Assembly (NCBI GenBank): GCA_963663035.1 | Contig: OY760074.1 | Location: 2,240,001 to 2,304,000 of the forward strand | DNA length: 64,000 bases | Direction: 5' to 3' | DNA from: Acidobacteriota bacterium | Lineage (GTDB): Bacteria; Acidobacteriota; UBA6911; RPQK01; JADFOI01 | Shown here: in pieces, positions 48,952 through 57,562 of the stretch | Position numbering within the stretch: the stretch's first letter is position 1 | How the letters are laid out: each line of letters starts with the position of its first letter | Program-made: the position numbers and the translations under genes | Notes under the pieces: generated by a model | What the model was told of the DNA's origin: nothing | Database searches by the model: none | Seen by the model: only the letters and a program-made list of their open reading frames with translations

Positions 48952-49281
48952 GTGATGCGGTTAGACATTATCCTTACCAACATCGACTCCGTTCCTGGGA
49001 AAACGGTTGTCGAACACTTTGGGTTGGTCCAGGGAGCCACCATTCGAGCGAAGCACCTCGGCACGGACACCCTGGCCGCGCTGAAAAATCTCGTCGGCGG
49101 GGAACTCAAGGGATACACCAAACTCCTGCAAGAGTCTCGTCAGGAGGCTACCGAGCGTATGGTTGACCAGGCCAAAGAGCTTGGAGCCAACGCCATCATC
49201 AATGTCCGCTTTGCCACCTCCTCGGTGGCTAAGGGGGCCGCGGAGCTCTTCGCTTACGGGACCGCCGTTCGAGTGGAATAG
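48952..49281 (+). CDS. YbjQ (UPF0145) family protein
   Basis: GGEL.GYT, GANA and AYGTAV motifs. Confidence 0.9.
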   Translation: MMRLDIILTNIDSVPGKTVVEHFGLVQGATIRAKHLGTDTLAALKNLVGGELKGYTKLLQESRQEATERMVDQAKELGANAIINVRFATSSVAKGAAELFAYGTAVRVE

Positions 49282-49285
49282 ATCG

Positions 49286-49738
49286 ATGTTTGATCTGGCT
49301 ATTTTCCTCACCCTGATGGCTGTGGGGTACTTTGCCGGTCGAGCGGCAGAGCATCAACACTACAAATCAATCCTGCTCCGTGAAAAGGTTTCAATGCGCC
49401 TGCCAACCGTGACCAGCGCAATGCTTCCGGAAGGGGACCGAGTCGAAAAGACGTTTCTGGTTTCCGGAAGCTGTGTGGTCTCCATCGACTATTTCAAGCG
49501 CATCCTGGCAGGGCTTCGAAACCTCGTTGGCGGGAGAATGACAGCTTACGAAACACTGATTGACCGTGCTCGCCGCGAAGCTATCCTGAGAATGAAGCAT
49601 GAGGCTCTTGGCAGTCATATCATTGTCAATATGCGACTGGAAACGGCCAGTGTTTTCAGTTCCACCGAACGAAACAGCATTGGTAGTGTCGAGGTCTTCG
49701 CCTACGGGACGGCGGTCAAGCTGAAACGGATCTCTTGA
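49286..49738 (+). CDS. Membrane-anchored YbjQ-like protein
   Basis: TM helix, DYFK, GG...YE.L.DRARREA and YGTA motifs; start at MFDL. Confidence 0.8.
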   Translation: MFDLAIFLTLMAVGYFAGRAAEHQHYKSILLREKVSMRLPTVTSAMLPEGDRVEKTFLVSGSCVVSIDYFKRILAGLRNLVGGRMTAYETLIDRARREAILRMKHEALGSHIIVNMRLETASVFSSTERNSIGSVEVFAYGTAVKLKRIS

Positions 49739-50550
49739 AGTACACTCCCAAGCTGCTGAGCGAAAACATCAACATTTCCCAGACCCATCCGCTCAAAGAG
49801 TTTGCCATCCTCACTGGAGGCATTCTGGGGGCGCTGATCCTGATTTACGTGCTGTCGGGACTTGCCCTGGAGCTGGTGGTGGTCCCACGCATACCGGTCG
49901 GTGTGGAGCGATCCCTGGGTGAGCTGTTTCTGGGGAACTATACCCTCCAGGAATCGGCCGAGACCCAGTACCTTCAGAAAATCCTGGACCGGTTGGTGGA
50001 ACACCTCCCTCCACAGGCGCTCGATTTCCTGCTCCATGTCGAGGAGAATCCGGCTGTCAATGCCATGGCGCTGCCGGGTGGCCATATCGTGCTCTATAGA
50101 GGTCTGCTCGACCGGATCGACTCGGAGAACGAACTGGCCATGATTCTCGGACATGAACTCGGCCACTTTGCCAAGCGCCACCATCTCAGAGGGTTGGGAC
50201 GGGGTCTGGTGCTGCTGGTTCTCTCCACCGCCATGCTGGGGGACCAGAGCGGGATCACCCAGTTTCTCCAGAACAGTCTGGCCACGGTCGAGTCCAAATT
50301 CTCCCAAGGGCAGGAACGAGAAGTCGACCAATACGGCCTCCATCTTCTTCAGAAATCTTATGGCCACGTGGCCGGGGCCACCGACTTCTTCGAACGGATT
50401 CAAAAGGAGGAACCCCGAGGCCACCTGGCCTACTTCTTCGCCTCCCATCCCTCGCCGGCCAACCGCGTCGATTCCCTGCAGGAGTTGATCGCCGCCGCCC
50501 GATATCCAATCAGAGAAAAGACGCCGCTGGCTCTCCCAGAAAGTCCTTGA
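49735..50550 (+). CDS. M48-family metallopeptidase
   Basis: NAMALPGG, HELGH, E.E.D and SHP motifs. Confidence 0.9.
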   Translation: MKYTPKLLSENINISQTHPLKEFAILTGGILGALILIYVLSGLALELVVVPRIPVGVERSLGELFLGNYTLQESAETQYLQKILDRLVEHLPPQALDFLLHVEENPAVNAMALPGGHIVLYRGLLDRIDSENELAMILGHELGHFAKRHHLRGLGRGLVLLVLSTAMLGDQSGITQFLQNSLATVESKFSQGQEREVDQYGLHLLQKSYGHVAGATDFFERIQKEEPRGHLAYFFASHPSPANRVDSLQELIAAARYPIREKTPLALPESP

Positions 50551-50565
50551 TGGCCGCCCAGCTAA

Positions 50566-50837
50566 GTGCTCCCTTCCAAACATACGGTGATGTTTGCGGA
50601 GAGGGCTTGTGAGGCAAGGTCAAGGAGCGAGAAGGAGGCGATGTCCCAGGACATCATCGACGACGAGCGACGAAGAGATTGACCGCAACCCCCCTCCGCC
50701 CAAAGGGTTGCGGCGCTGCGCCTCCATCTTCTATGTTGCTCCTCCTGGGCGATATCCCGTATCGACTCGTCGGAGCGCCTTGAATACGGGGGCGGAGCGC
50801 TAGCAACAAAGATTATCGTATGTTTGGAAGTGAGCAC
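50566..50837. mobile_element. MITE family B copy 3 (diverged)
   Basis: IRs GTGCTC(C/A)CTTCCAAACATACG at both ends; the interior is homologous to copy 1. Confidence 0.82.
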
Positions 50838-50980
50838 TATGACGTGTCGTCACTTGTCGGAGTGTAAACTTCCGTTGACACTTTCGCAGGCCTCGACGGT
50901 TCCAGGTGTATCCCAAGACTCGCCTATAACTCCAATTATTACAATAGCTTAATAGCATTCTACCAGTAATCCTTCATCTC

Positions 50981-50996
50981 TGGAACAGGAATTGCT
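50981..50996 (+). promoter_or_regulatory. Putative sigma54 (-24/-12) promoter
   Basis: TGGAAC-AGGAA-TTGCT with exact GG-N10-GC spacing. An AT-rich tract and a TGT-N12-ACA motif (50863-50880) lie upstream. Confidence 0.55.
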
Positions 50997-51278
50997 CTAG
51001 TAAGGAGACTGATGTGTCGTCCTTGAGTTAAACCGGCCATACATACCGATCAAAGCTGCTTTGGCTCGCGAACTGAAATGACAAAAGAGGGAGGTAGAAT
51101 TTGTTTCAACCGATGAAATCAGTCTTGTGGTCTGATTGATGGAGAACCTGCTAGGGTTTCCCATCAATCGAATCCTAAAGACACACGACCGGCAGGTGTG
51201 CGCCCTACAGAATCTGTCTAGGGCGCACGACCCTGTTTTCCTCAGGCCCTCCTACAACTCAGCCCCGATAACTACTAG

Positions 51279-51317
51279 CCCGGATGACGCATATATTCTC
51301 TACTGCAGCGGCGAATC
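51279..51317. mobile_element. One-ended remnant of MITE family A
   Basis: CTAG|CCCGGATGACGCATATATTCTCTACTGCAGCGGCGAA resembles the end of copy 6 (CCCGGATTATGTATAAATTCTCTACTGCAGC). Confidence 0.65.
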
Positions 51318-52151
51318 CACGGAAGCGGCTCGTTTGCGCCCTCCTGCCACCAGATAGACTACCGACCCAATTCCCCACAGCAACAAAGTAAAAATCAGGC
51401 CTTCGACCACATGACCGAACATGTGCCCCCAAGTGTTCGCTTCCTGTGGACCCGGATGACGCATATAGTACTGCAGCGGCGTAGCGGCTCGTTTGCGCCC
51501 TCCTGCCACCAGAAGTACCGACCCAATCGATGCCCCCAAGTGTTCGCTTCCTGTGGACCCGTGTAGTAAGTATCGATTCCTCCAAAGTCATCGATGGCAA
51601 TGCCGAGAATCACAAACAGCATGGCGGAGAAAGCAAACAAAGCAGCCAGAACAAGTAGATCGCGAAAAGTCCCCCCCCCGGCGTGCCACTGCCACGGAAT
51701 AGATCAGCATAATGATGGGGAGCAGTATGGTGAGGCTCACCCAGTTCGTCCCTTGCTCAGAAGGAATCTGAAAAAGGGGTTGGAGTAGAAAGCGCACTAT
51801 CGCCATCAGCAGCAGTAGTCCTATTCCCACGCGAGCGTCTCTCAGTACTCACTTTCATAAATACGGTAACGTTTGTTGGGAGCGCGACGGAGCCCAGATC
51901 GAGGCGCGACGACGAGTCGATGTCGAGACATCGGCGAGGAGGAGCAACACAGAGATGGGCCCGTCCCGCCCCAACCCTTCGGGCGAATGGGGGTTGCGGG
52001 CGATCTCTTTGTCTCTCGTCGTCGTCGATGTCAGGACATCGCCTCCTCCTCCCTTCGCAACCTCGCCTCGCAAGCCCTATCCGCAGACGTGATCGTATTT
52101 ATGAAAGGGAGTACTAAGGTACTGACTAAACGGTTTGTCAAAAAGCTTCAT
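51300..52151 (-). pseudogene. Membrane-protein gene disrupted by MITE B copy 4, a G9 frameshift and a partial duplication
   Basis: Reconstructs to MKLFDKPFSQYLRDARVGIGLLLL...GGTFRDLL...GPQEANTWGHMFGH...DSPLQ, with an AAGGAA RBS. Confidence 0.7.
51845..52114. mobile_element. MITE family B copy 4 (inverted, 270 bp)
   Basis: Near reverse complement of 4339-4608, flanked by TCA/TAA. Confidence 0.88.
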
Positions 52152-52160
52152 TTGTTCCTT

Positions 52161-54428
52161 CTAAAGAGCTGCTAGAAACGAGACAATCTGCTCCTGGGTA
52201 TCTCCAATATCCTCGTATAGGATTCCATGTTTGTTTGACGGCACCATCACAACGTTCTTTTTGCTGGTACCCAGCTTTTCATGGATGAGTTCGGCGCTTT
52301 TGGGATCAACGGTTGGGTCGTCAGTTCCCTGAATGAGGGTGACAGGACACTGCACTTCGGGCAGACGTTCTTCCAGCTCGTCCAACATGCTCTGCAGCTC
52401 GTACAGACCGCGGATGGGCTTGTTGCGGTAGTTGATATGGGGATGCTCTGGCTTGGTCGGGCCAAAAGGCATGATGCCTTCAAAGGATGAAACCCAGCGT
52501 ACCAGCCGGTTGGCTCGGTGAACAAGTGGCACAAAGATCAGGCTGCGGTCCCGGAACTTCAGGGGCACGGAGATAGCTGCTACTCCAACCAGCCGATCGG
52601 GGCGCTCAGCGGCCAGAAGAAGTGACAGGCCTCCGCCGGTTGAGAATCCGACCAGGCAGAGGCGGCGCGCAAACGCCGACAATACCTGAAAACCTTCTCG
52701 CACCGGCTCCAGCCAATCCTGCCAACTCCTCTCGCGGAGATCCCAGGGAGAAGTACCGTGACCCTTCAGTCGTACTCCCATCACAGGATAACCGAGGGAG
52801 TGCAGTCTCTCACCAAAGGGACGGACCTCGGCGGGCGAGGCCGTGAACCCGTGCACCAGTACGACGCCCAGTTCTTTGCTCTCTTGGGGGAGCAGTAGGA
52901 ACGGCTCCCCGCTCTCAGTAAAAGTCTCCTGCTGGTTGACCTCCTCATAGCGAGGTTTGGAAAAGGACTTCCTGTCCCAGGAGTAAGCAATGAGTTGGTC
53001 ATCAAAGCGCAGCTTGGCCATCGTTTGGGCGTCCAGCAGTGAGGCTTTCTCGATCGACTGCTCGACCGAACGGGAGACCCCGGCGAGGGGCTCAACTTCG
53101 TTGGCATAGACCACCACCAGGTTCTCGAGACGGATCTCGTCGAACTCGTGCTCCTGGCAGAGCTTGGGGAGAAACCGGTATCGTCCCCTGACTTCCTCGA
53201 CAAGATCCATGGAGACGGTGGTGTTTAGAAACTGCTCCAGCCCCGGGCATCGGCCCTGGAGGACCCCACTATAACCCTGTGGGTCTTTGAGACTTCGATG
53301 AAGGTGAAGGGAAGATTCCTTCTGGGCGTCTTTAACCGCCAGGTAGAGGATCTTGCGGAACAGGCCCTGATCAATTTCCGTTTGCCCTTTGTCCACTAAA
53401 GTCAGGATGATCGATGAAGCCAGGTGACTGAGATGAACGGTCACGCCGGTATACATCCTGTGCATGTACTCGTCTCTGATTTTCCGGGCCTTGCCTCCCA
53501 TGCGCCTGGCGATGAAGCGGGCATTCCACCTCCCCCCTTCGGGCATCAGCCCGAAGAATCCATCCAGGGAATCGATCTTACGACCCAGACGAGTCATGAT
53601 CTTCCGCTCCCACCAGCGCCAAAACCTGGGGGGTTGCACCGGTTCACCCAGACGAATATCCATGTCCGTGTCCTTGAGGAGGATATTGCCCTCGATCAAC
53701 AGTTCCTCAGAAAGCCGGCGGCTCAGTCCCCTGCTCAGGAGCTCCCCCACCTTCCGCAGGATGTTGTCGTTGACTCGGATGGGATAGAAGGTGATGGTAG
53801 CGGGTACAATAAGGGTGGGCCGACGCGCCGCAGTCAACAGCGCTTCCTCACTCTCCAGACCCAGGGCCTCAACCCATGCCTCCACACGCCTCATGTTTCC
53901 TGACTTATGGGCCAGCAGGACGGCCGTCTTGAAGGCGTCCAGAGCGAGTGCCAGGACAGCGGCTCCGGTGTGGTGTTTGCGCCTCTTTTTTGCCATGCGC
54001 GAGTAAACTCTATAGTTGCCTCCACTATCTACCACCCGGCGATCCTTCACCATTCCGCCCTCTGGAAAAATGATCACCTTTCGACCCCGCAGGATTTCTT
54101 GGGCCAAAAGCGGGAGAAGCCTGGGATGGTTATTGGGTACTGCTCCCACCTTCAACAGATAGTTTGACAAGGCAGAACCTTCGACAAAGAAATCGCTGGA
54201 GGCCACCGAGCAGCAAAAGGCCCCGGTCTCCTGGTAAATCAGGTACTGGGGAATAAAGGTCTCAAAGCGCGCAAAGTGGTTAAAGAGAAAGATTTCTCCG
54301 GCCTCGACCTGGCCTGTGTGATGCAGCTTGAGATTGACTCGCAGAATCTTCTTCAGGATCTTGAAGATCCGGACGGACCACTCATAAGTGGCCTGGTTGA
54401 TCTGCAGAGGATCCCTTTGTTCTGGCAT
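52161..54428 (-). CDS. PlsC-like acyltransferase fused to an alpha/beta hydrolase (esterase/lipase)
   Basis: NHFARFE and FPEGG in the N-terminal part; HGF, GHG, GFSTG and D..V..H in the C-terminal part. Confidence 0.8.
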   Translation of the reverse strand: MPEQRDPLQINQATYEWSVRIFKILKKILRVNLKLHHTGQVEAGEIFLFNHFARFETFIPQYLIYQETGAFCCSVASSDFFVEGSALSNYLLKVGAVPNNHPRLLPLLAQEILRGRKVIIFPEGGMVKDRRVVDSGGNYRVYSRMAKKRRKHHTGAAVLALALDAFKTAVLLAHKSGNMRRVEAWVEALGLESEEALLTAARRPTLIVPATITFYPIRVNDNILRKVGELLSRGLSRRLSEELLIEGNILLKDTDMDIRLGEPVQPPRFWRWWERKIMTRLGRKIDSLDGFFGLMPEGGRWNARFIARRMGGKARKIRDEYMHRMYTGVTVHLSHLASSIILTLVDKGQTEIDQGLFRKILYLAVKDAQKESSLHLHRSLKDPQGYSGVLQGRCPGLEQFLNTTVSMDLVEEVRGRYRFLPKLCQEHEFDEIRLENLVVVYANEVEPLAGVSRSVEQSIEKASLLDAQTMAKLRFDDQLIAYSWDRKSFSKPRYEEVNQQETFTESGEPFLLLPQESKELGVVLVHGFTASPAEVRPFGERLHSLGYPVMGVRLKGHGTSPWDLRERSWQDWLEPVREGFQVLSAFARRLCLVGFSTGGGLSLLLAAERPDRLVGVAAISVPLKFRDRSLIFVPLVHRANRLVRWVSSFEGIMPFGPTKPEHPHINYRNKPIRGLYELQSMLDELEERLPEVQCPVTLIQGTDDPTVDPKSAELIHEKLGTSKKNVVMVPSNKHGILYEDIGDTQEQIVSFLAAL

Positions 54429-55095
54429 TCTTAACCGTCGCCTCACTGCTCTGGTACTGAACCAGAAACTCCAGGAGTTGGATTTGCTCCCCCTCTTCCA
54501 TCTGAAGGAACTCGAGAGCAACTTCATTGAGAGGTTTTCCGTCGCGTTGGGTTGGATGCGATCGAACCACCCATCCGACGGCATTCAGGGGATGGGAGTC
54601 GGGAAAATAGAGGTTGATCTCCAGCTTATCTCCCGCTTTCAAGAGAAGGCTGGTCTCAAATAACAACCCGCCCACACTGATATTTTCGGTCTCGGAGTTG
54701 ACAACTCTCTCGCCGTTGAGTTGTGGGTCGGCAGCGTCAATGACGGTAAACCAGAAAGGAATGTGCATGTTCAGCCGAGGGGACTTTCTCCGCTGCACGG
54801 TTATCCCTTTATCATGAACTGAGATGGCCAAGTGTCGTTTGCCGGAGGAAGCAAGGTTGACGACCTCGCCCTCCCAGTAATAGACAACAGCCTCTTCATC
54901 CCAGTATTTGAGTCGAACCTTCTCTCCTTCCTGAAACAGGTCCTGTGAGGTGGGTCTGGCAAGCTCCAACCAGATTTCAGCTGGAGAGCTTTCTACGATA
55001 GTAGCGGCGAGAGTCTCCTTCGAGTCCCCCTGGATGGAGATAGCTAGCCCTGCCGTCGGGTACTGGCCGAGGCCAGCAACGCCCTTGTCAATCAT
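54382..55095 (-). CDS. PilZ-domain (YcgR-like) c-di-GMP receptor
   Basis: QRRKSPR (RxxxR) and ENISVGG (NxSxxG) motifs. Confidence 0.85.
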   Translation of the reverse strand: MIDKGVAGLGQYPTAGLAISIQGDSKETLAATIVESSPAEIWLELARPTSQDLFQEGEKVRLKYWDEEAVVYYWEGEVVNLASSGKRHLAISVHDKGITVQRRKSPRLNMHIPFWFTVIDAADPQLNGERVVNSETENISVGGLLFETSLLLKAGDKLEINLYFPDSHPLNAVGWVVRSHPTQRDGKPLNEVALEFLQMEEGEQIQLLEFLVQYQSSEATVKNARTKGSSADQPGHL

Positions 55096-55167
55096 TTGCC
55101 CTGCCTTTCAAGGCTCTAGAGTACTCAATACTACCACAGGGGTCTGCACGAGAAGGCGCTTCCTGCC

Positions 55168-56211
55168 CTAGGTTTTGATCTGCAGTTGCACTTGCTCGAT
55201 TCCCGCCACTATCAGGACCCACTGAAGCTGCATCTGGTCCCGAATCGGCATGGCTCTCAAACCTCTCTGCGACGCGTCTTCGCCAACAGCGGTGGACACA
55301 TTCTGCTCGGACCCTAATCTGTCCTTCCATTCTTCAATCAGCTCTTTCCATCGTAAAGCTTCTGGATCGGGAGGACCCAGAGTTTCACCCACTTTCGGGA
55401 GGATAAACAGCGGCATTTCAGTGACAAGGGTGAGCGGATCACCCCCCACAGAACGAATCGTCTCCATCGAACTGGGCCGGAACTTTCTGGCAGTGAGTTC
55501 GTCCTGACGATCAAGAAAAAACTGGGTCATCGCTTTCGAATCAGGGCGAGTGCAAAATCCCTCTTCAAGCCGGCGGAATCCTTTCTCACCCTGACGGTCG
55601 ACGTCATGAAGGCGATATCCCAATTCTTTCACGGCTCGTCTGCATTTGGCTTTCAGCTCTTCACAGCGCGACAACCAGGCAGGTTCGATCAAAAACCAGG
55701 GTCCACCTGCAAATGCTATCCCATGTAAAGAGACATGAAGGTGGAATGAGTCCTCGGCCTTCATCCACCAGGCGGCAACGCTCTTATTCTCGGGCCGCGC
55801 ATCCACATCCCTCCGATCACGGGGAAAACCGAACTCGATGTCATCACCGGGAAGCTCGCGTCTCACCTGACTGAGATATTGAATGAAGTCGATTTGTTCG
55901 TCCCGGTCCCGGTACCATGAACGATTCACCGCTTCTCCGTCAGGGTTAGCATGGGGAACGATCCACCACTGATAATCTTCTAGAACCGGTGAGTGCTTCG
56001 GAAGATGAGAGAGATAGGAGACGAAGTGCCTCAAAAAGCGAGGACCGACTGGCTCGTCGGCATGACATCCAGCGATGAGGCTGATTCGGAATGCCCCCTG
56101 GCCCAAACAATAACCGGCCAAGGATCTCCGCTCCCGGGAGTAGCCGATCAGTTCTCCCTGGGGAAGAGAAGCTGGCGAAGCAGTCACGATTTCTTGGAAA
56201 AGCTCCTGCAT
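55168..56211 (-). CDS. M14-family zinc carboxypeptidase-like protein
   Basis: IG.SRE.R, HADE (HxxE), NPDG and SLHG motifs. Confidence 0.8.
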   Translation of the reverse strand: MQELFQEIVTASPASLPQGELIGYSRERRSLAGYCLGQGAFRISLIAGCHADEPVGPRFLRHFVSYLSHLPKHSPVLEDYQWWIVPHANPDGEAVNRSWYRDRDEQIDFIQYLSQVRRELPGDDIEFGFPRDRRDVDARPENKSVAAWWMKAEDSFHLHVSLHGIAFAGGPWFLIEPAWLSRCEELKAKCRRAVKELGYRLHDVDRQGEKGFRRLEEGFCTRPDSKAMTQFFLDRQDELTARKFRPSSMETIRSVGGDPLTLVTEMPLFILPKVGETLGPPDPEALRWKELIEEWKDRLGSEQNVSTAVGEDASQRGLRAMPIRDQMQLQWVLIVAGIEQVQLQIKT

Positions 56212-56217
56212 GCTTTA

Positions 56218-56490
56218 GTGTCTCGTCCCATGAATACCATAACGTTTGTGGCGAGCGCGACGGCAACGAGTTCACGAAGCGACGACGACGCGATGTCTGT
56301 GTGCATCGCGGAGGAGGAGCGACAAAGAAATTGATGCCGTCCCGCCGCCACCCTTCGGGCTGATGGGGGTTGCGGGCGATCTCTGCGTCGCTCGTCGTCG
56401 CCAATGTCCCTGCATCACCTCCTCCTCGCTCCTTGATCTCCCCTCCCAAGCCCCATCAGCAAACGTCATGCTATTCATGGGACGAGATAC
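56218..56490. mobile_element. MITE family B copy 5 (inverted, diverged)
   Basis: IRs GT(G/A)TCTCGTCCCATGAATA at both ends; the interior is homologous to copy 4. Confidence 0.8.
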
Positions 56491-56535
56491 TAGCCCGGGT
56501 TATGCACCTCTAAAAAGGATATACTAGTCCGGCTT

Positions 56536-57465
56536 ATGAGAGTCGCCGGGATTCAATTCTCCTGTGAAGAGTCCAAGGAACAAAACATCAGCAAGGCGGG
56601 AGAGCTGATAAAATCTGCTATTGAGCGTTGCCAACCCCAACTCATTTGTCTTCAGGAGCTCTTCACCACACGCTATTTTCCCAGTCAATTTGACTATAAT
56701 TTCTTCAACCTGGCGGAGAGTATTCCCGGGCCCACCACCACCAGAATGGCTCAGCTCGCCCAACAACATGGCGTCTATATTATTGCCCCCGTCTATGAAG
56801 AGGCAGAGCCGAACCTCTACTTCAACAGTGCCCCTCTGATCTCTCCCGATGGCAAGATCCTGGGTGTCACCAGGAAAATCCATATCCCGCTCTTTGACTA
56901 TACCCTCAAAGATGACACCAATGGAGAGATCAGACACATCTCTTCCTATGAAAAGTTCTACTATGCTGGTGGGAACGATGTCCCGATTTTCGATACTGAT
57001 ATCGGCAAGATAGGGATTCTGATCTGCTGGGATAACGAGTTCCCTGAATTGTGGAGACTTCTGGAGATGAAAGGAGTCGAATTTGTATTTTCTCCCTATG
57101 CCATGTCCAGACCCACGGGCGAGTTTTTTAAGGAGCAGTGGCTCTTTGAGGCCAGGTGCTGCGCCTACTACTTCACGACTTATGTCATGAAGGTGAATCG
57201 GGTCGGCCCGGAGGGAGAGATGGTCTATCGTGGGAGAAGTCTGGTTATCGATCCCACTGGAAAGTTAATCGCTGGTCCCGCAAGTGAAGAGAAAGACGAC
57301 ATCCTGTGGGCGGATATCGATCTGAAGACGGTCAGAGAGCTGAGAAACAGAAGACCCAGGCTCATGAACAGGAGACCTGAGGTTTACAGACAACTCTCCG
57401 AACCCCTGGCCAAACTCGAGAACATCTACGGCGGAGAGCCCACCCCCCATGGCAAAACCATCTGA
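56536..57465 (+). CDS. Carbon-nitrogen hydrolase (N-carbamoylputrescine amidase / ureidopropionase-like)
   Basis: E-K-C triad in LQELF, RK.HIP and ICWD, plus YEK.YY. Confidence 0.85.
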   Translation: MRVAGIQFSCEESKEQNISKAGELIKSAIERCQPQLICLQELFTTRYFPSQFDYNFFNLAESIPGPTTTRMAQLAQQHGVYIIAPVYEEAEPNLYFNSAPLISPDGKILGVTRKIHIPLFDYTLKDDTNGEIRHISSYEKFYYAGGNDVPIFDTDIGKIGILICWDNEFPELWRLLEMKGVEFVFSPYAMSRPTGEFFKEQWLFEARCCAYYFTTYVMKVNRVGPEGEMVYRGRSLVIDPTGKLIAGPASEEKDDILWADIDLKTVRELRNRRPRLMNRRPEVYRQLSEPLAKLENIYGGEPTPHGKTI

Positions 57466-57469
57466 CTTT

Positions 57470-57533
57470 TCGCGGCCTGAGGCGGCTCCCACGTGGGAGC
57501 CGCCTCAAATTCGGCACCTGAGGTGCCTCCCAC
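57470..57533. repeat. REP-like GTGGGAGCCGCCTCA palindrome cluster between convergent genes
   Basis: TGAGGCGGCTCCCAC-GTGGGAGCCGCCTCA is a perfect inverted repeat of the same unit as at 17343-17415. Confidence 0.75.
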
Positions 57534-57562
57534 GGACCATAGAATCATTTGAGCAACACGCC

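Noticed and set aside
51279-51561. Possible CRISPR or diversity-generating retroelement repeat pair
   Set aside because: There are only two units, they differ by deletions rather than A-specific substitutions, and no reverse transcriptase is present.
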